Assembly: GCA_963843375.1 (NCBI GenBank)
Contig: CAWJKT010000001.1
Coordinates: 198,445 to 262,444, forward strand
Direction of reading: 5' to 3'
Origin: an uncultured Pseudomonadota bacterium
GTDB lineage: Bacteria > Oederibacteriota > Muellerivitia > Muellerivitales > Muellerivitaceae
DNA length: 64,000 nucleotides
The notes under the pieces are model-generated. The model had not been told where the DNA came from. It searched no databases and saw nothing but the letters and a program-made list of their open reading frames with translations. Positions 1 to 9,722 of this stretch are shown one piece after another; positions within the stretch are counted from its first letter, which is position 1, and each line of letters starts with the position of its first letter. The position numbers and the translations under genes were made by a program.

Positions 1-558
1 AGAACCCTCTGTGGCTTCCTGGGAGTCCTGAGTCCCGAAAACCTGAACCTAACGGTTTCAACTTTTGTTCCAAATCCATCCGGGTTGGGGGGTACTTTGG
101 TCTTTTCTTTGAACGGAAAGACTTTAGCCACCTGGGACGCGATTAATAACGATGGCACGGTGGTTCCAAATGGTTTCTATCACTTAGTGGTGATCCAAGT
201 TTTTGCCGATGGAACCAGCGAGCAACTGCAAACCACTGTTTATGTAGGGGCCCTTTCCCAAACGGCGCAGGTTCAATTGTCGGCCCAACCCAACATCGTT
301 ACTTCCGGCGGAACCATCCGTCTTTTGGGGATGGTGGATGGAATTCCGGTGAATGGGAGCCAAGTCCTCAAGATTTATGACACCAGCCGCGAACTGGTAA
401 AAACTTTGGGTATGTCCGGCGGTCAAGCGATTTGGGATTTAACCAACGCAGTCGGCCAGGAAGTTGGCTCCGGCCTTTACTTGATTGTCCTGGATACGGT
501 GGATCCTAAAACGGGAAATCCAGCCCAAAAAATCATCAAGGTTGTCTTTTTAAGGTAG
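1..558 (+). CDS. C-terminal fragment of a secreted/surface protein with two tandem FlgD-Ig-like beta-sandwich repeats (5' end outside the window)
   Basis: Frame 1 is open from base 1 to the stop at 556-558; the track ORF 85..558 is the same frame. There are two repeats with a W-D-x-x-N-x-x-G-x-x-V-x-x-G-x-Y pattern (ATWDAINNDGTVVPNGFYHLVV and AIWDLTNAVGQEVGSGLYLIVL), as in FlgD-Ig / T9SS-type C-terminal domains. Confidence 0.5.
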   Translation, partial: RTLCGFLGVLSPENLNLTVSTFVPNPSGLGGTLVFSLNGKTLATWDAINNDGTVVPNGFYHLVVIQVFADGTSEQLQTTVYVGALSQTAQVQLSAQPNIVTSGGTIRLLGMVDGIPVNGSQVLKIYDTSRELVKTLGMSGGQAIWDLTNAVGQEVGSGLYLIVLDTVDPKTGNPAQKIIKVVFLR

Positions 559-613
559 GGATCGCCATTAACCGTTTGCTCCAGTTTTCTTCTTCCGTTA
601 CCATGCCTTTATT

Positions 614-1657
614 ATGGAAATTGTCCTTCTAAGGCTGGACCGGATCGGGGATTTTATTTTGGGAATTCCCGCCTACCGGGCCCTCCGCCAAGCCCATCCA
701 AACGCCCATATTTCGGTTATGGTCCCCTCGCCGGTTGCGGAACTAGCCAAAGTTTGCCCCTATTTCGACGAGGTTTATCTCTATGACGCCCTCTGGCTAT
801 TACCCGGCGAGAAGCCCTTGAACCGCTGGAAATCAGCTTGGAAATTGATCCGATTTCTCCGGTCCAAGCCGATTGATCTTCTAGTTGATTTCCGTTACCA
901 AAGCCGTCTGGACCCCCTAGTAGCGGGACTTTCCGGGGCCACCGAAAGGGTGGGGGTGGACTTGGGATGGGTCAGTTCCTTTCTGACCAAGAAAGTGGAG
1001 CAACCGGCATCAAAACTTCACCAAGTGGAACGAAATCTTCATTTTCTCCAGGCCATCGGGGTGACGACCGGGGACCATAAGCTGGAAATGTGGTTCGAAG
1101 AACAGGACCGCAAAGCGGCTGAAAGACATCTCCCCACTCAGGAGCTTTTGCCGGGCGTGCCCCGAATCGCCATCCATATTGGCGCGGCTACTCCTTCCAA
1201 AAGATGGCGGGAGGAGAGTTTTGAAGTGCTTATCCACGAACTTCACTCCAACACCCAAGCCGAAATTATTGTTTTAGGGGGGGAGAACGATTTGGGGTTC
1301 TCCCAGGAGGTGGTGGATGGGCTGGAATGCCCGATCATCAACCTGGTGGGAAAGCTTTCACTACGGCAGATGGCGGCCTTGATGACGGACTGCCGGATGT
1401 TCATCGGGTGCGATTCGGGAGCTAGCCATCTGGCCGCCGCCTGCGGCATACCGGTGATCAGTCTTTTCTCCGCGGCCAATGAGGTTGAAATTTGGAAACC
1501 CTGGGGGCCGAAAGTCAAAGTCCTCACCGAACATCCCGCCTGTTCGCCATGCAAGAGCCATGAGTGCCTGAGAACCGACGGTTATTTCTGCATGGCGGAA
1601 ATCAAAGTGGAGGATGTTTTTTCGGCGGCAAAAGCGTTTCTGGAAGAGACGGATTAG
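614..1657 (+). CDS. Glycosyltransferase family 9 (ADP-heptose:LPS heptosyltransferase-like)
   Basis: 347-aa ORF. The N-terminal LRLDRIGDFILGIPAYRAL and C-terminal GCDSGASHLAAACGIPVISLF motifs are typical of GT9 heptosyltransferases. Confidence 0.8.
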   Translation: MEIVLLRLDRIGDFILGIPAYRALRQAHPNAHISVMVPSPVAELAKVCPYFDEVYLYDALWLLPGEKPLNRWKSAWKLIRFLRSKPIDLLVDFRYQSRLDPLVAGLSGATERVGVDLGWVSSFLTKKVEQPASKLHQVERNLHFLQAIGVTTGDHKLEMWFEEQDRKAAERHLPTQELLPGVPRIAIHIGAATPSKRWREESFEVLIHELHSNTQAEIIVLGGENDLGFSQEVVDGLECPIINLVGKLSLRQMAALMTDCRMFIGCDSGASHLAAACGIPVISLFSAANEVEIWKPWGPKVKVLTEHPACSPCKSHECLRTDGYFCMAEIKVEDVFSAAKAFLEETD

Positions 1658-1660
1658 GTT

Positions 1661-2224
1661 CTAAGACAACAATAGTTCCTCATCGGGTTTGAGAAACCTC
1701 CACTTGCCCGATTCGACGTCCAGGCCCAAGCCTCCAATGCGGGTTCGCTTCAATTCCAAAACTTTCAAAGGTGTTCCGAATTTAGTGTCCTTGAGGCTTC
1801 CAAACAAGCGACGGATATGGCGGTTTTTACCTTCATCCAGCACGACTTCCAGCTTGGTTTTGTGTCCGGCGCCGCCCTTTATTTCCACCTGATAGGCTTT
1901 CAGCAATTCTCCCGAATTTTCCACGCCTTTAAGAGCTTGTTTGATATGAGCTTGAGTGACCAGGCCTCGCACCCAAACCTCGTAGGTCTTAAGGCAGGAG
2001 CCCGGTTGGGTAATCCGGTCTGCCAGTTTGTCGCTTCGGGTGAAAAGCAGGAGGCCTTTGGAATCCAGGTCCAGCCGTCCCACGGGTTTCCAATTTTTCT
2101 CATAAGCCCATTCGGGAAGGAGGACATAGACGATTTTGCGGTCTTTTTCGTCAGAACGAGTGACGACGTAACCTTTAGGCTTGTTGAGCATCAATAAATT
2201 CGAGGAGGTTGGGCCGTCGGTCAT
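1661..2224 (-). CDS. Pseudouridine synthase, RsuA/RluB/RluE family (no S4 domain, RluE-like)
   Basis: 187 aa. It carries the catalytic motif GRLDLDSKGLLLFT plus NKPKGYVVT and KTYEVWV, and its short length implies no N-terminal S4 domain. Confidence 0.8.
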   Translation of the reverse strand: MTDGPTSSNLLMLNKPKGYVVTRSDEKDRKIVYVLLPEWAYEKNWKPVGRLDLDSKGLLLFTRSDKLADRITQPGSCLKTYEVWVRGLVTQAHIKQALKGVENSGELLKAYQVEIKGGAGHKTKLEVVLDEGKNRHIRRLFGSLKDTKFGTPLKVLELKRTRIGGLGLDVESGKWRFLKPDEELLLS

Positions 2225-2233
2225 TTGTCTTTC

Positions 2234-3454
2234 TTAATTCGCGGGATTTTTTAAGGCTTGCTTGAAAACATCGCCAAGGCGCCGGATGCCTTCTTTGATT
2301 TTTGCCTCGTCCACCGCGCAGTAGGTCAGGCGAAGGGTATTAAGTCCTTTGTTTTCACCCGTGTAAAAGGCTGTTCCCACCACATAAGCCACTTTTGCGG
2401 CGACCGCCCTCTCGAAAAGTTTCACGGTATTGTAGCCCTCAGGCAAACCGGCCCAGACGAAGAAGCCGCCCAAGGGCTTGTTGTACCACACTTCCGCGGG
2501 AAAATAGGTCTTGATGGCTTCCAACATGACGTCCCGGCGTTTTTGATAGGTGCCGATCAATTTTTGTATGTGGGTGTGAATATGGCCGCCTTTAAGAAAT
2601 TCGGCCGCGATGGATTGGGAAAGAACATCGGTGCAAACGTCGATTGTTTCCTTGGCGGTAGCCATTTGGGTCACCAAGGCGGGGTCGGCGCAAACCCATC
2701 CCAAACGCATGCCAGGAGACGCAATTTTACTGAAACTTCCCAGGTAAATTACCCGACCGTCAATGTCAAAGGACTTTAATGGTTTAATGGTTTTCCCGGT
2801 GAAATTTAATTCACCATAGGGATTGTCTTCTATAACTAAAAGATTATGTTTTCGGGCCACTTCCACCAATTTTGCCCTTTCCACTTCCGGCATGGTGGAA
2901 CCCCCGGGATTCTGGAAAGTTGGAATGGTATAAATCAATTTAGGCTTTCGGGGGGCCTGGGCGATTTTTTGGTCCACTTCATCGGGGTTCAAACCATTGG
3001 GCCCGCAGGCCGCGGGCAGGAACTCAGCCAAAAAATTCTGAAAAGAAAGGAGGCCCCCCAGGTAACTGGGTTCCTCCACGACAACGCCGTCCCCGGGATT
3101 CAATAGGGTAAGCCCCGAGAGGTAGAGCCCCTGCTGGCTTCCGGTGGTGATAAGGATGTTGTCAGGGGTGCAGGCGATTCCCTGGGCCTTAAGGTAATCG
3201 GCCACTGCCTCGCGAAATGGGCGCCAGCCGATAGTTTCGCCATATTGCAGGGACAACTTGCCCTGTTCGAGAATGACACGCGAGGCGATATTGGCCAGCA
3301 GGTCCCGGGGAAAGAGTTCAGCGTCAGGCGTCCCACCGGCGAAGGAGATGATATCGGACTGCTGGACCAGTTTTAAAAGGGCCCGAATAATAGAGGGTTT
3401 CATCCGGGTGGATGCTTGGGAGAAAGAATGGGAAAAGTCCATGGTCGGCCTCAA
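2234..3454 (-). CDS. PLP-dependent aminotransferase, class I/II (2-aminoadipate/aromatic aminotransferase-like)
   Basis: 406 aa. The SFSKIASPGMRLGW lysine motif and the ITTGSQQGL and EEPSY motifs fit fold-type I aminotransferases. Confidence 0.75.
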   Translation of the reverse strand: MRPTMDFSHSFSQASTRMKPSIIRALLKLVQQSDIISFAGGTPDAELFPRDLLANIASRVILEQGKLSLQYGETIGWRPFREAVADYLKAQGIACTPDNILITTGSQQGLYLSGLTLLNPGDGVVVEEPSYLGGLLSFQNFLAEFLPAACGPNGLNPDEVDQKIAQAPRKPKLIYTIPTFQNPGGSTMPEVERAKLVEVARKHNLLVIEDNPYGELNFTGKTIKPLKSFDIDGRVIYLGSFSKIASPGMRLGWVCADPALVTQMATAKETIDVCTDVLSQSIAAEFLKGGHIHTHIQKLIGTYQKRRDVMLEAIKTYFPAEVWYNKPLGGFFVWAGLPEGYNTVKLFERAVAAKVAYVVGTAFYTGENKGLNTLRLTYCAVDEAKIKEGIRRLGDVFKQALKNPAN

Positions 3455-3554
3455 AGATTGGGTTCGCCCCAGCCCAAAGACCGGGGAGACAAGCTATCGA
3501 AAGAAGCATTCGGGTTCAAGGAGCAATTTGGAAGAAAAGAGGAAGTTTTTTTGG

Positions 3555-4973
3555 TTAGGAAATGAAGGCGTTATCCTTGAAGATTTTCTCGGCGGCGGAT
3601 TGGCCGGAAGCGATGGTGTCGGGAATGCCGACGCCCCTCAAGCCGTTACCGGCGAGGTAAAGACCCTTGAACTCGGAGGCTTTCTGCTCCATGCGTGAAG
3701 CCTGACTCAAGTGGCCGGGCCTGAAATAGGACATGGAAGCATTGTAAATCGCCAAGTGTCGGGCGATGGGCTGATCCCGCAGGTTTAGGATAGGGTTCAA
3801 TTCTTCCAGGATTTTTTCGATCAAATAGGATTCCCCTTCGGCTCTCAATTTTTGAACAGCCACCAAGCCGAGAAAAACCCTCAAAAGCACATTTCCCTCT
3901 GCGGCGCGGTCCTCAAATTTCTGACTGGCGAAAGTACAGCCCACGATCAGCTTTTTTTCCCGGGAGGGAACCACGAATCCGAAACCATTGAGGGGATGAT
4001 CCACGTCTTGGCGGCGGAAGCCCAAATTCAGGGTTGCCGAATCATGGGCGGGGATGCCCGATAAAAGCTTGTCCCACTCCTTGTCCAACTGGCCGATGAG
4101 AGGACGCATTTTGGAGGGTTGAATGGCCAGGACCACGGCGTCCACTCCTTGAGTCCGGCCGTTGGCTTCGATTTCCCAGGTTCCCTTGTCCGTGGGTTTA
4201 AGCGATTCCACGGGGCTTTGAAGCCACATGGACTCGGCTGGAATTTTGGAGGTCAAAGCTTCGGCCAAGGTTTGCATTCCTTTTTTAAAGCTTACAAAAA
4301 GGGAATAACGGGCGCCGGATACCTGGGCCTGGGCGTTCAGCCGCCGGGCGGCCATGGCTTTTAGAAGAGAACCGTATTTTATCTCCATCTCCTTGAAGCT
4401 GGGCGTACAAGCATTCACGCTCAGTTCATCCGGGTCCGCGTTATAAACCCCGCCGATCAAGGGTTGGGCCAAGGCTTCAAAAACCTCGGTTCCCAGGCGA
4501 CGGCGGACGAAATGCCCCACGCTCTCATCTTGGGGGTCCCGGCGAACCTTGATAAGAGGCTCCAAAGCCGCGCGAATCTTTCCCATGGGAGAAAGCAATG
4601 AGGTGGTCATAAGCGGCATTAAACGGGAGGGAGCCAGCAGGTAAAAGCCCTCCGGAATAGGGTGAAGCTTTGTCCCTTTTAAAATGAAGGATTGTTTTAG
4701 GGATTGGTTGGTCTTGATGAGCTGGTCTTCGAGTCCCAGCTTTTTGCATAATTCCAATGCCGCCGGTTTTTCGGTGATGAAACAATCGGGGCCCTCTTCC
4801 ATTAAAAAGCCGTTCTCTTCGACGGAGCTCAAGGTGCCGCCGGCCTTTTCACCTGCGTCCAGGATGTTTAATTCCAACGGGATGTTTTTTTCTTTCGAAA
4901 GCTCCAATAAACGGTAGGCACAGGCCAATCCGCTGACCCCCGCCCCGATGATAGTTACCCTTAACGTTTTCAA
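3555..4973 (-). CDS. hemY: Protoporphyrinogen/coproporphyrinogen III oxidase, FAD-dependent (HemY/CgoX type)
   Basis: 472 aa. It has an N-terminal Rossmann motif (VTIIGAGVSGLACAYRL) and the C-terminal GLYLAGNGLRGVGIPD. It lies next to hemH and hemE. Confidence 0.8.
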   Translation of the reverse strand: MKTLRVTIIGAGVSGLACAYRLLELSKEKNIPLELNILDAGEKAGGTLSSVEENGFLMEEGPDCFITEKPAALELCKKLGLEDQLIKTNQSLKQSFILKGTKLHPIPEGFYLLAPSRLMPLMTTSLLSPMGKIRAALEPLIKVRRDPQDESVGHFVRRRLGTEVFEALAQPLIGGVYNADPDELSVNACTPSFKEMEIKYGSLLKAMAARRLNAQAQVSGARYSLFVSFKKGMQTLAEALTSKIPAESMWLQSPVESLKPTDKGTWEIEANGRTQGVDAVVLAIQPSKMRPLIGQLDKEWDKLLSGIPAHDSATLNLGFRRQDVDHPLNGFGFVVPSREKKLIVGCTFASQKFEDRAAEGNVLLRVFLGLVAVQKLRAEGESYLIEKILEELNPILNLRDQPIARHLAIYNASMSYFRPGHLSQASRMEQKASEFKGLYLAGNGLRGVGIPDTIASGQSAAEKIFKDNAFIS

Positions 4974-5036
4974 ATTGTCTCCATTTGAAAAATATAACCG
5001 CGGTCATTGCAGGAGCCCCGCCGCAAAGGCGTCGGG

Positions 5037-6035
5037 CTACGACGAAGCAACCCCGGGTTGACTTATGGCTTCCTCCACCAATCCCGCCAGCATAGCAATA
5101 AAAGAAGGATGGGTACCTACGGTCTTGGCCCTGACGAGGTGCAAACTTTTCCATTTTGCCTTTTCTTGGGCCAGGATGTCGATATCGTAAAGCACTTCCA
5201 CGTGATCCACCAAAAAGCCGATGGGGGCGACCACGCATGCGGACAGGGTTTCATAAGTGCGCTGTTCGATAAAGGCTCCCAAGTCCGGTTCCAGCCAGGC
5301 GTCTTCGGGCCTGCCGCTACGGCTGGTATAAGCCGTTTGGTAATAAGGAACTTCCACTTTCGGCATGACGTGCTGACAGGTTTGCTCGAATTGAAGCGAA
5401 TAGGGGGACTTGAGGGCCATCGCCCTTGGAATACTGTGGGTGGTGAAGATAAGTTCCGCTCGATGACGTTCTTTTTCCTCGGGAGTCAGTTGGGCAAAAG
5501 CTTCTTGAATATTTTGGGCAATGGCATTGATGAAGCCCGGGCGGGTATGCCATTCGGGAGCAAAGGTTATTTCGGGAACCGGCAGCCCTTGGGCCTTGAT
5601 GGATTCTTGGGCTTCCTGCGCCTTGTTCACGTATTTATCATAAGAGGCTGGGCTGCGATGAGGCGCCATTATAATGGCGAAAATCTTGGTTTTGTTTTTC
5701 AGGGCCAATTCCCTAAGGGTGTCGACAATGCGAGGAGGGTAGTGGGCAAACCCTAAGACCACCGGAATATCGAGTCCACGGGATTTCAGAAGTTTTTGCA
5801 GGGCGTCACCCTGTTCACGGGTTAAGTGGTTATAAGGAGAAACACCCCCGATTTTTTCGTATTGCTTGGCAACCAGCTTGAGCCGTTCGAGAGGAACGCC
5901 CCGGCCTGCGGTAACGTCCTCTAAAAACGGGACTACATCCTCGGGTTTTTCCGGTCCGCCAAAGCCGATCAATAAAACCGCGTCGTAAAAATGATTCAAG
6001 TGATTCCTCGTGATAAAGGAATGCAAATCTTCCAA
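5037..6035 (-). CDS. hemH: Ferrochelatase
   Basis: 332 aa. Ferrochelatase-like motifs include LLIGFGGPEKPEDVVPFL, FTTHSIP and PIGFLVDHVEVLYDID. Confidence 0.85.
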   Translation of the reverse strand: MEDLHSFITRNHLNHFYDAVLLIGFGGPEKPEDVVPFLEDVTAGRGVPLERLKLVAKQYEKIGGVSPYNHLTREQGDALQKLLKSRGLDIPVVLGFAHYPPRIVDTLRELALKNKTKIFAIIMAPHRSPASYDKYVNKAQEAQESIKAQGLPVPEITFAPEWHTRPGFINAIAQNIQEAFAQLTPEEKERHRAELIFTTHSIPRAMALKSPYSLQFEQTCQHVMPKVEVPYYQTAYTSRSGRPEDAWLEPDLGAFIEQRTYETLSACVVAPIGFLVDHVEVLYDIDILAQEKAKWKSLHLVRAKTVGTHPSFIAMLAGLVEEAISQPGVASS

Positions 6036-6089
6036 AAACGCAATAAGTTACTCAAAAGCGGGGAGTTATTGAAGATCTTTTGGAGAATA

Positions 6090-7562
6090 TCAGTTTTTCC
6101 AGTTCTTGACGGTTTCGATCATGGCCTGCACATTTTCCATGGGGGTCTGGGGCAGGATACCGTGGCCCAAGTTGAAGATGTGGCCGGGACGGCCATTCGC
6201 GAATCGAAGTATTTTCTCGGTTTCCTTGCTGACGGTTTCGGGGTCGGTCAACAATACCTCGGGGTTCAGGTTGCCCTGGATGGCCACGTCGCCCAATTGC
6301 TTCCAGGCCTTGTCCAAATCCATCCGCCAATCCACTCCGATAACCGCCGCGCCGGTTTGCTTGAACCAGGAATAAAAGGGTGCGGTTTGGGTGCCGAAGT
6401 AAATCACCGGAATGCTCGGTTGCAAACGGCTGAAATGAAGAATCAGCAGTTTCAAATAGGGGAGTACGAGGCGCTGGAACTCCTCGGGCGCCAGGATGCC
6501 CACCCAGGAATCGAACAACTGTACCGCTTGGGCCCCGGCCAGGACTTGGGCGTTGAGGTAGGAAACCGTGGCCGCTACCAGCTTTTTCATTAATTCGTCC
6601 CAAACTTTGATGTCCGACAATACGGCGCGGGTTTGGTGATAGTCCTTGGAACCGCCGCCCTCGATTAAATAAGAAGCCAGCGTAAAAGGGGCCCCGGCAA
6701 ATCCGATGAGGGGAATATGAGGCTTGAGGCTGGAACGGATCAAATGGATGGCTTTCATGACGTAACTCAAATCGAAGTCGGCTTCCACGTTTTCCACCCG
6801 CTTCAGGTCCTCCCCGGAACGGAAAGGGTTGTGGATGACGGGGCCGCCGCTTTCACCGAAGGATAATTGGAAACCCAGGGGTTCGGCGATTAGCAGGATA
6901 TCGGCAAAAAGGATGGCCGCGTCCACACCCAGGACTTCCTGGGCGGTAACGGTCACTTCGGCGGCCAGTTCGGGGGTTTTGCAAAGCTCCAAAAAGGAAA
7001 CCTTGGCGCGAATTTCTCGGTAGGAGGGCAAATATCGTCCCGCTTGGCGCATGATCCAGAGGGGCGTGCGAGGGACGGCTTCTTTCCGGCAGGCTTTCAG
7101 AAAAAGATTTTCCTGGGAGGGGGGCGAGAGGGTTTTGGGTTCGCGGGGTTTGGACCGAAGGGATTCGGCGGCCTTCTTTTGGCAAAGTTCAAAAGATTTT
7201 TCCGCCACTTCCTTTACCAGAAAACCCATCTTGGGATGTTCCGGTTCCAGGTCGGGTTCAGGCCGAATTCCTTGAGGGCCTTCACTGCACACCGATCCAA
7301 TGGAACCGATCACCATCCGGCTAAGAGCTTCCTGAAGTTCATGATTTTTCTCGAGTCCCTTGGCCAATTCAAAAACGTTGCGAATCTGTTGGGCGCTGGT
7401 GAAGAGAGCCACCGACGCTTCGCCATCCAAAATCGACTCGATCAGATGGGTCAGGGGTTTGGTGTCCTCGGGCAAGGCCCAACGGTAGACGGGCACGCTG
7501 GTGACTTCCTTGGCGCCCCGTTCCAATAAGGCCTCCGAAGAATTCAGGGTTGGAGACGCCAT
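6090..7562 (-). CDS. hemE: Uroporphyrinogen decarboxylase (HemE, about aa 150-490) preceded in frame by the C-terminal half of a uroporphyrinogen-III synthase (HemD)-like domain
   Basis: 490-aa ORF. The HemE signature PLWIMRQAGRYLPSYRE starts near residue 165. Residues 1-120 (LLERGAKEVTSVPVYRW ... VALFTSAQQIRNVF ... IGSIGSV) resemble the second half of HemD. No Met lies just upstream of the HemE domain. Confidence 0.85.
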   Translation of the reverse strand: MASPTLNSSEALLERGAKEVTSVPVYRWALPEDTKPLTHLIESILDGEASVALFTSAQQIRNVFELAKGLEKNHELQEALSRMVIGSIGSVCSEGPQGIRPEPDLEPEHPKMGFLVKEVAEKSFELCQKKAAESLRSKPREPKTLSPPSQENLFLKACRKEAVPRTPLWIMRQAGRYLPSYREIRAKVSFLELCKTPELAAEVTVTAQEVLGVDAAILFADILLIAEPLGFQLSFGESGGPVIHNPFRSGEDLKRVENVEADFDLSYVMKAIHLIRSSLKPHIPLIGFAGAPFTLASYLIEGGGSKDYHQTRAVLSDIKVWDELMKKLVAATVSYLNAQVLAGAQAVQLFDSWVGILAPEEFQRLVLPYLKLLILHFSRLQPSIPVIYFGTQTAPFYSWFKQTGAAVIGVDWRMDLDKAWKQLGDVAIQGNLNPEVLLTDPETVSKETEKILRFANGRPGHIFNLGHGILPQTPMENVQAMIETVKNWKN

Positions 7563-8030
7563 ATTCCTGGATGGCGATCTTCAAACCCTTGACGGGCCTT
7601 TGGGAGTCCAAGGCTTCCAGCACTTCCCGCCAGGTGTTGGGTTCGGGGACGACCACCGAAGAGCGCATGTTTTTTTCCGTCAAAGCCTTTACCGATTTAG
7701 GCCCGCGGGCAACGAGCGAAGCGTGTTTAAAGGCCTTCAGAATTCGGCTGGGGGCATAGTTGAGCTTCCAAGGCCTGGAAAAGCGTCCGGGTGCCCACGC
7801 CGGTCATGAAAATGACGATATCGATATTTCCTTGCTGGAGGTTCTCGAAAAAGTTGAAAGCCGGCTTATTCTCGGAAAGCGGAATTTCCCGCATGGAGGG
7901 GACAACTTTGGGAACACGCCCCGTGGCGGGAAATGAGGTCTTCCATTTCCTTGGCCATGCGGCTTTCGAAAGCCGCGACCGTCAGGCCGTTGAAACCCTG
8001 CATTTCAGTTTCGATGGGTGTGGGTGACAT
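7537..8030 (-). pseudogene. hemD: N-terminal part of a uroporphyrinogen-III synthase (HemD)-like domain, split over three frames and apparently continuous with the 6090..7562 ORF
   Basis: My hand translation of the minus strand gives MQGFNGLTVAAFESRMAKEMEDLISRHG, then GRVPKVVPSMREIPLSENKPAFNFFENLQQGNIDIVIFMTGVGTRTLFQALE, then LNYAPSRILKAFKHASLVARGPKSVKALTEKNMRSSVVVPEPNTWREVLEALDSQRPVKGLKIAIQEYGVSNPE, then SEALLERGAKEV. The frame changes fall near 7919-7922, 7764-7768 and 7537-7545, and each is consistent with one extra base. The start codon (8030 or 8003) is uncertain. Confidence 0.6.
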
Positions 8031-8110
8031 ATTCAGTGGGGCAGTATAAAAGTCAAAGGGCCGTAAATCTATAGAAGCCAAGGTTGGTTTTAAGAGAAAG
8101 GGGGACTGAT

Positions 8111-8980
8111 TTAACGAGAGGAATTAAGCTTTGGGGCTTCATCCAGGCATTCCACTTCCACCTGATAATCCAGCTTGGAAAGCACATCCGTGCCACGGAA
8201 GGTGCCGGAAACCGGGGCGGCCTCCAGGGGCGTGGGGCCCGCTGCCAGGGGGATATGAAGATCCGACACGGCCAAGCCCCAGGTTGGATCATAGCCCCTC
8301 CAGCCCGCCCCCGGAAGGTAGACTTCGGCCCAGGCATGCAGCTCATTGGCGTCCTTGGAACCGGGGTCGTATTTGTAGCCACTGACGAAACGGGCGGCCA
8401 GACCCATGGACCGGCAAATCTCCACTAGCAAAACGGCTAGGTCACGGCAGGCCCCCTCGCGGCGGCGAAGGGTCTTGAAAGCGGGCAGGGCTTCCCCCTG
8501 GGAACGCACCACATGCTGGAACGAGCGGTGGATGTAATCGGTGGCGTGGAAGAGGAAATTGATAGCGTTGTCGTCGCTTTCATTCAAAAGCTCCTGAGCC
8601 AGATTTTCAACCGAGGGATCGGGCGCGGGCTTGAGGTAGGAAGCCAAGACGGAATGTTCGGCGCCGTACTTGCCGGGGAGCCTCAGGACCATTGGATCGG
8701 TGATGAGATAGTTAAAGGGATTGCTTAAGGTCGTGTCCACCCTGGAGCGAGTTTGGACGGAAAAACTGGAATGCTTTCCGGAGAACCAAGCCATGGCCTC
8801 ATGGTTGTTGAAAAGGTCCAGCGATTCGGAGAGGCCCACCGGCACGGGTTCCACTTTCAATTCGAAGGAATCAACCCTTTGGCTAAAGTCGCTGCGCGGC
8901 TTCAGGTGGATGGAGGTGGGCTCCAAAAAAACTTCCTTGCTGTAGGTATAACGAATCCTATGGCGTATCTCAAACCGCAT
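8111..8980 (-). CDS. Transglutaminase-like cysteine protease family protein (Bact_transglu_N plus transglutaminase core)
   Basis: 289 aa. N-terminal MRFEIRHRIRYTYS is typical of the bacterial transglutaminase N domain. The core motif is REGACRDLAVLLVEICRSMGLAARFVSGY followed by HAWAEVYLPGAGWRGYDPT. It is the last gene of the Anbu cassette. Confidence 0.8.
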   Translation of the reverse strand: MRFEIRHRIRYTYSKEVFLEPTSIHLKPRSDFSQRVDSFELKVEPVPVGLSESLDLFNNHEAMAWFSGKHSSFSVQTRSRVDTTLSNPFNYLITDPMVLRLPGKYGAEHSVLASYLKPAPDPSVENLAQELLNESDDNAINFLFHATDYIHRSFQHVVRSQGEALPAFKTLRRREGACRDLAVLLVEICRSMGLAARFVSGYKYDPGSKDANELHAWAEVYLPGAGWRGYDPTWGLAVSDLHIPLAAGPTPLEAAPVSGTFRGTDVLSKLDYQVEVECLDEAPKLNSSR

Positions 8981-9722
8981 GACTCTCCCCCCATTTACGG
9001 GGCAACTTTCCCATGGCGTTTTCCGCCCATTGGGAAGGACAAAGCTCCACCGTTTCCCGGACGCGCACTTTCCACCAGTCCGTGACTTCCTTCAGGTCTT
9101 CCCGTTCATAGCGCGTTTCAGTCATTCGATTGGTGTCTTTTCGGTAAAGAACCATATCGATGGGGAAGTCCACATCCGTTGCGCTGGTGCGAGTCGCCTC
9201 GAAGGCCAGGTACCCCACTTTCATCGCCACTTCCATGGAGGATTCGTAATGAAGGGCCCTATCCAAAAGAGGCTTGCCGTAAGCGGACTCGCCAATGGCG
9301 TAATAGGGCGTGCTTTCGGTCACTTCCACCCAGTTGCCCTGGGGATAAATGAGGTAAAGCTTGTGTTCCGTGTCGCTGGGCAGCTGGCCCCCGATGATGG
9401 AAAAAAGATTGAAACTATATCCCGCTTCCCCCAAGGCTTCCTTGTCCTCCTTGATGACCCGTCGCACCTGCTCGGCAAAGATGTTCACGGCCTTATAAAG
9501 ATGGGGATAGGTTTCTTTTTCATTCTCGAGGCGTTCATTGAAATAGGTGATGGCCTTATCTCGGGCGGAACGCAAGCCCGAGGTCATCAGGAAAAAAGGC
9601 TGGCCGTGGTTTTCGTGGATGGAAACCTTCCGCCCGGTGATCTGTTCCGTGCCGCTGGTGATACGGGTGTCGGCCAGGGCCACCAGTCCTTCTTTTATTT
9701 TCATGGCAAGGCAAAAAGTCAT
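8970..9722 (-). CDS. Proteasome-beta-like Ntn peptidase, Anbu type
   Basis: 250 aa beginning [24 protein letters not shown], with Thr directly after the initiator Met as in Ntn hydrolases. Its position between the alpha-E and transglutaminase genes matches the Anbu cassette. Confidence 0.8.
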   Translation of the reverse strand: MTFCLAMKIKEGLVALADTRITSGTEQITGRKVSIHENHGQPFFLMTSGLRSARDKAITYFNERLENEKETYPHLYKAVNIFAEQVRRVIKEDKEALGEAGYSFNLFSIIGGQLPSDTEHKLYLIYPQGNWVEVTESTPYYAIGESAYGKPLLDRALHYESSMEVAMKVGYLAFEATRTSATDVDFPIDMVLYRKDTNRMTETRYEREDLKEVTDWWKVRVRETVELCPSQWAENAMGKLPRKWGESHAV

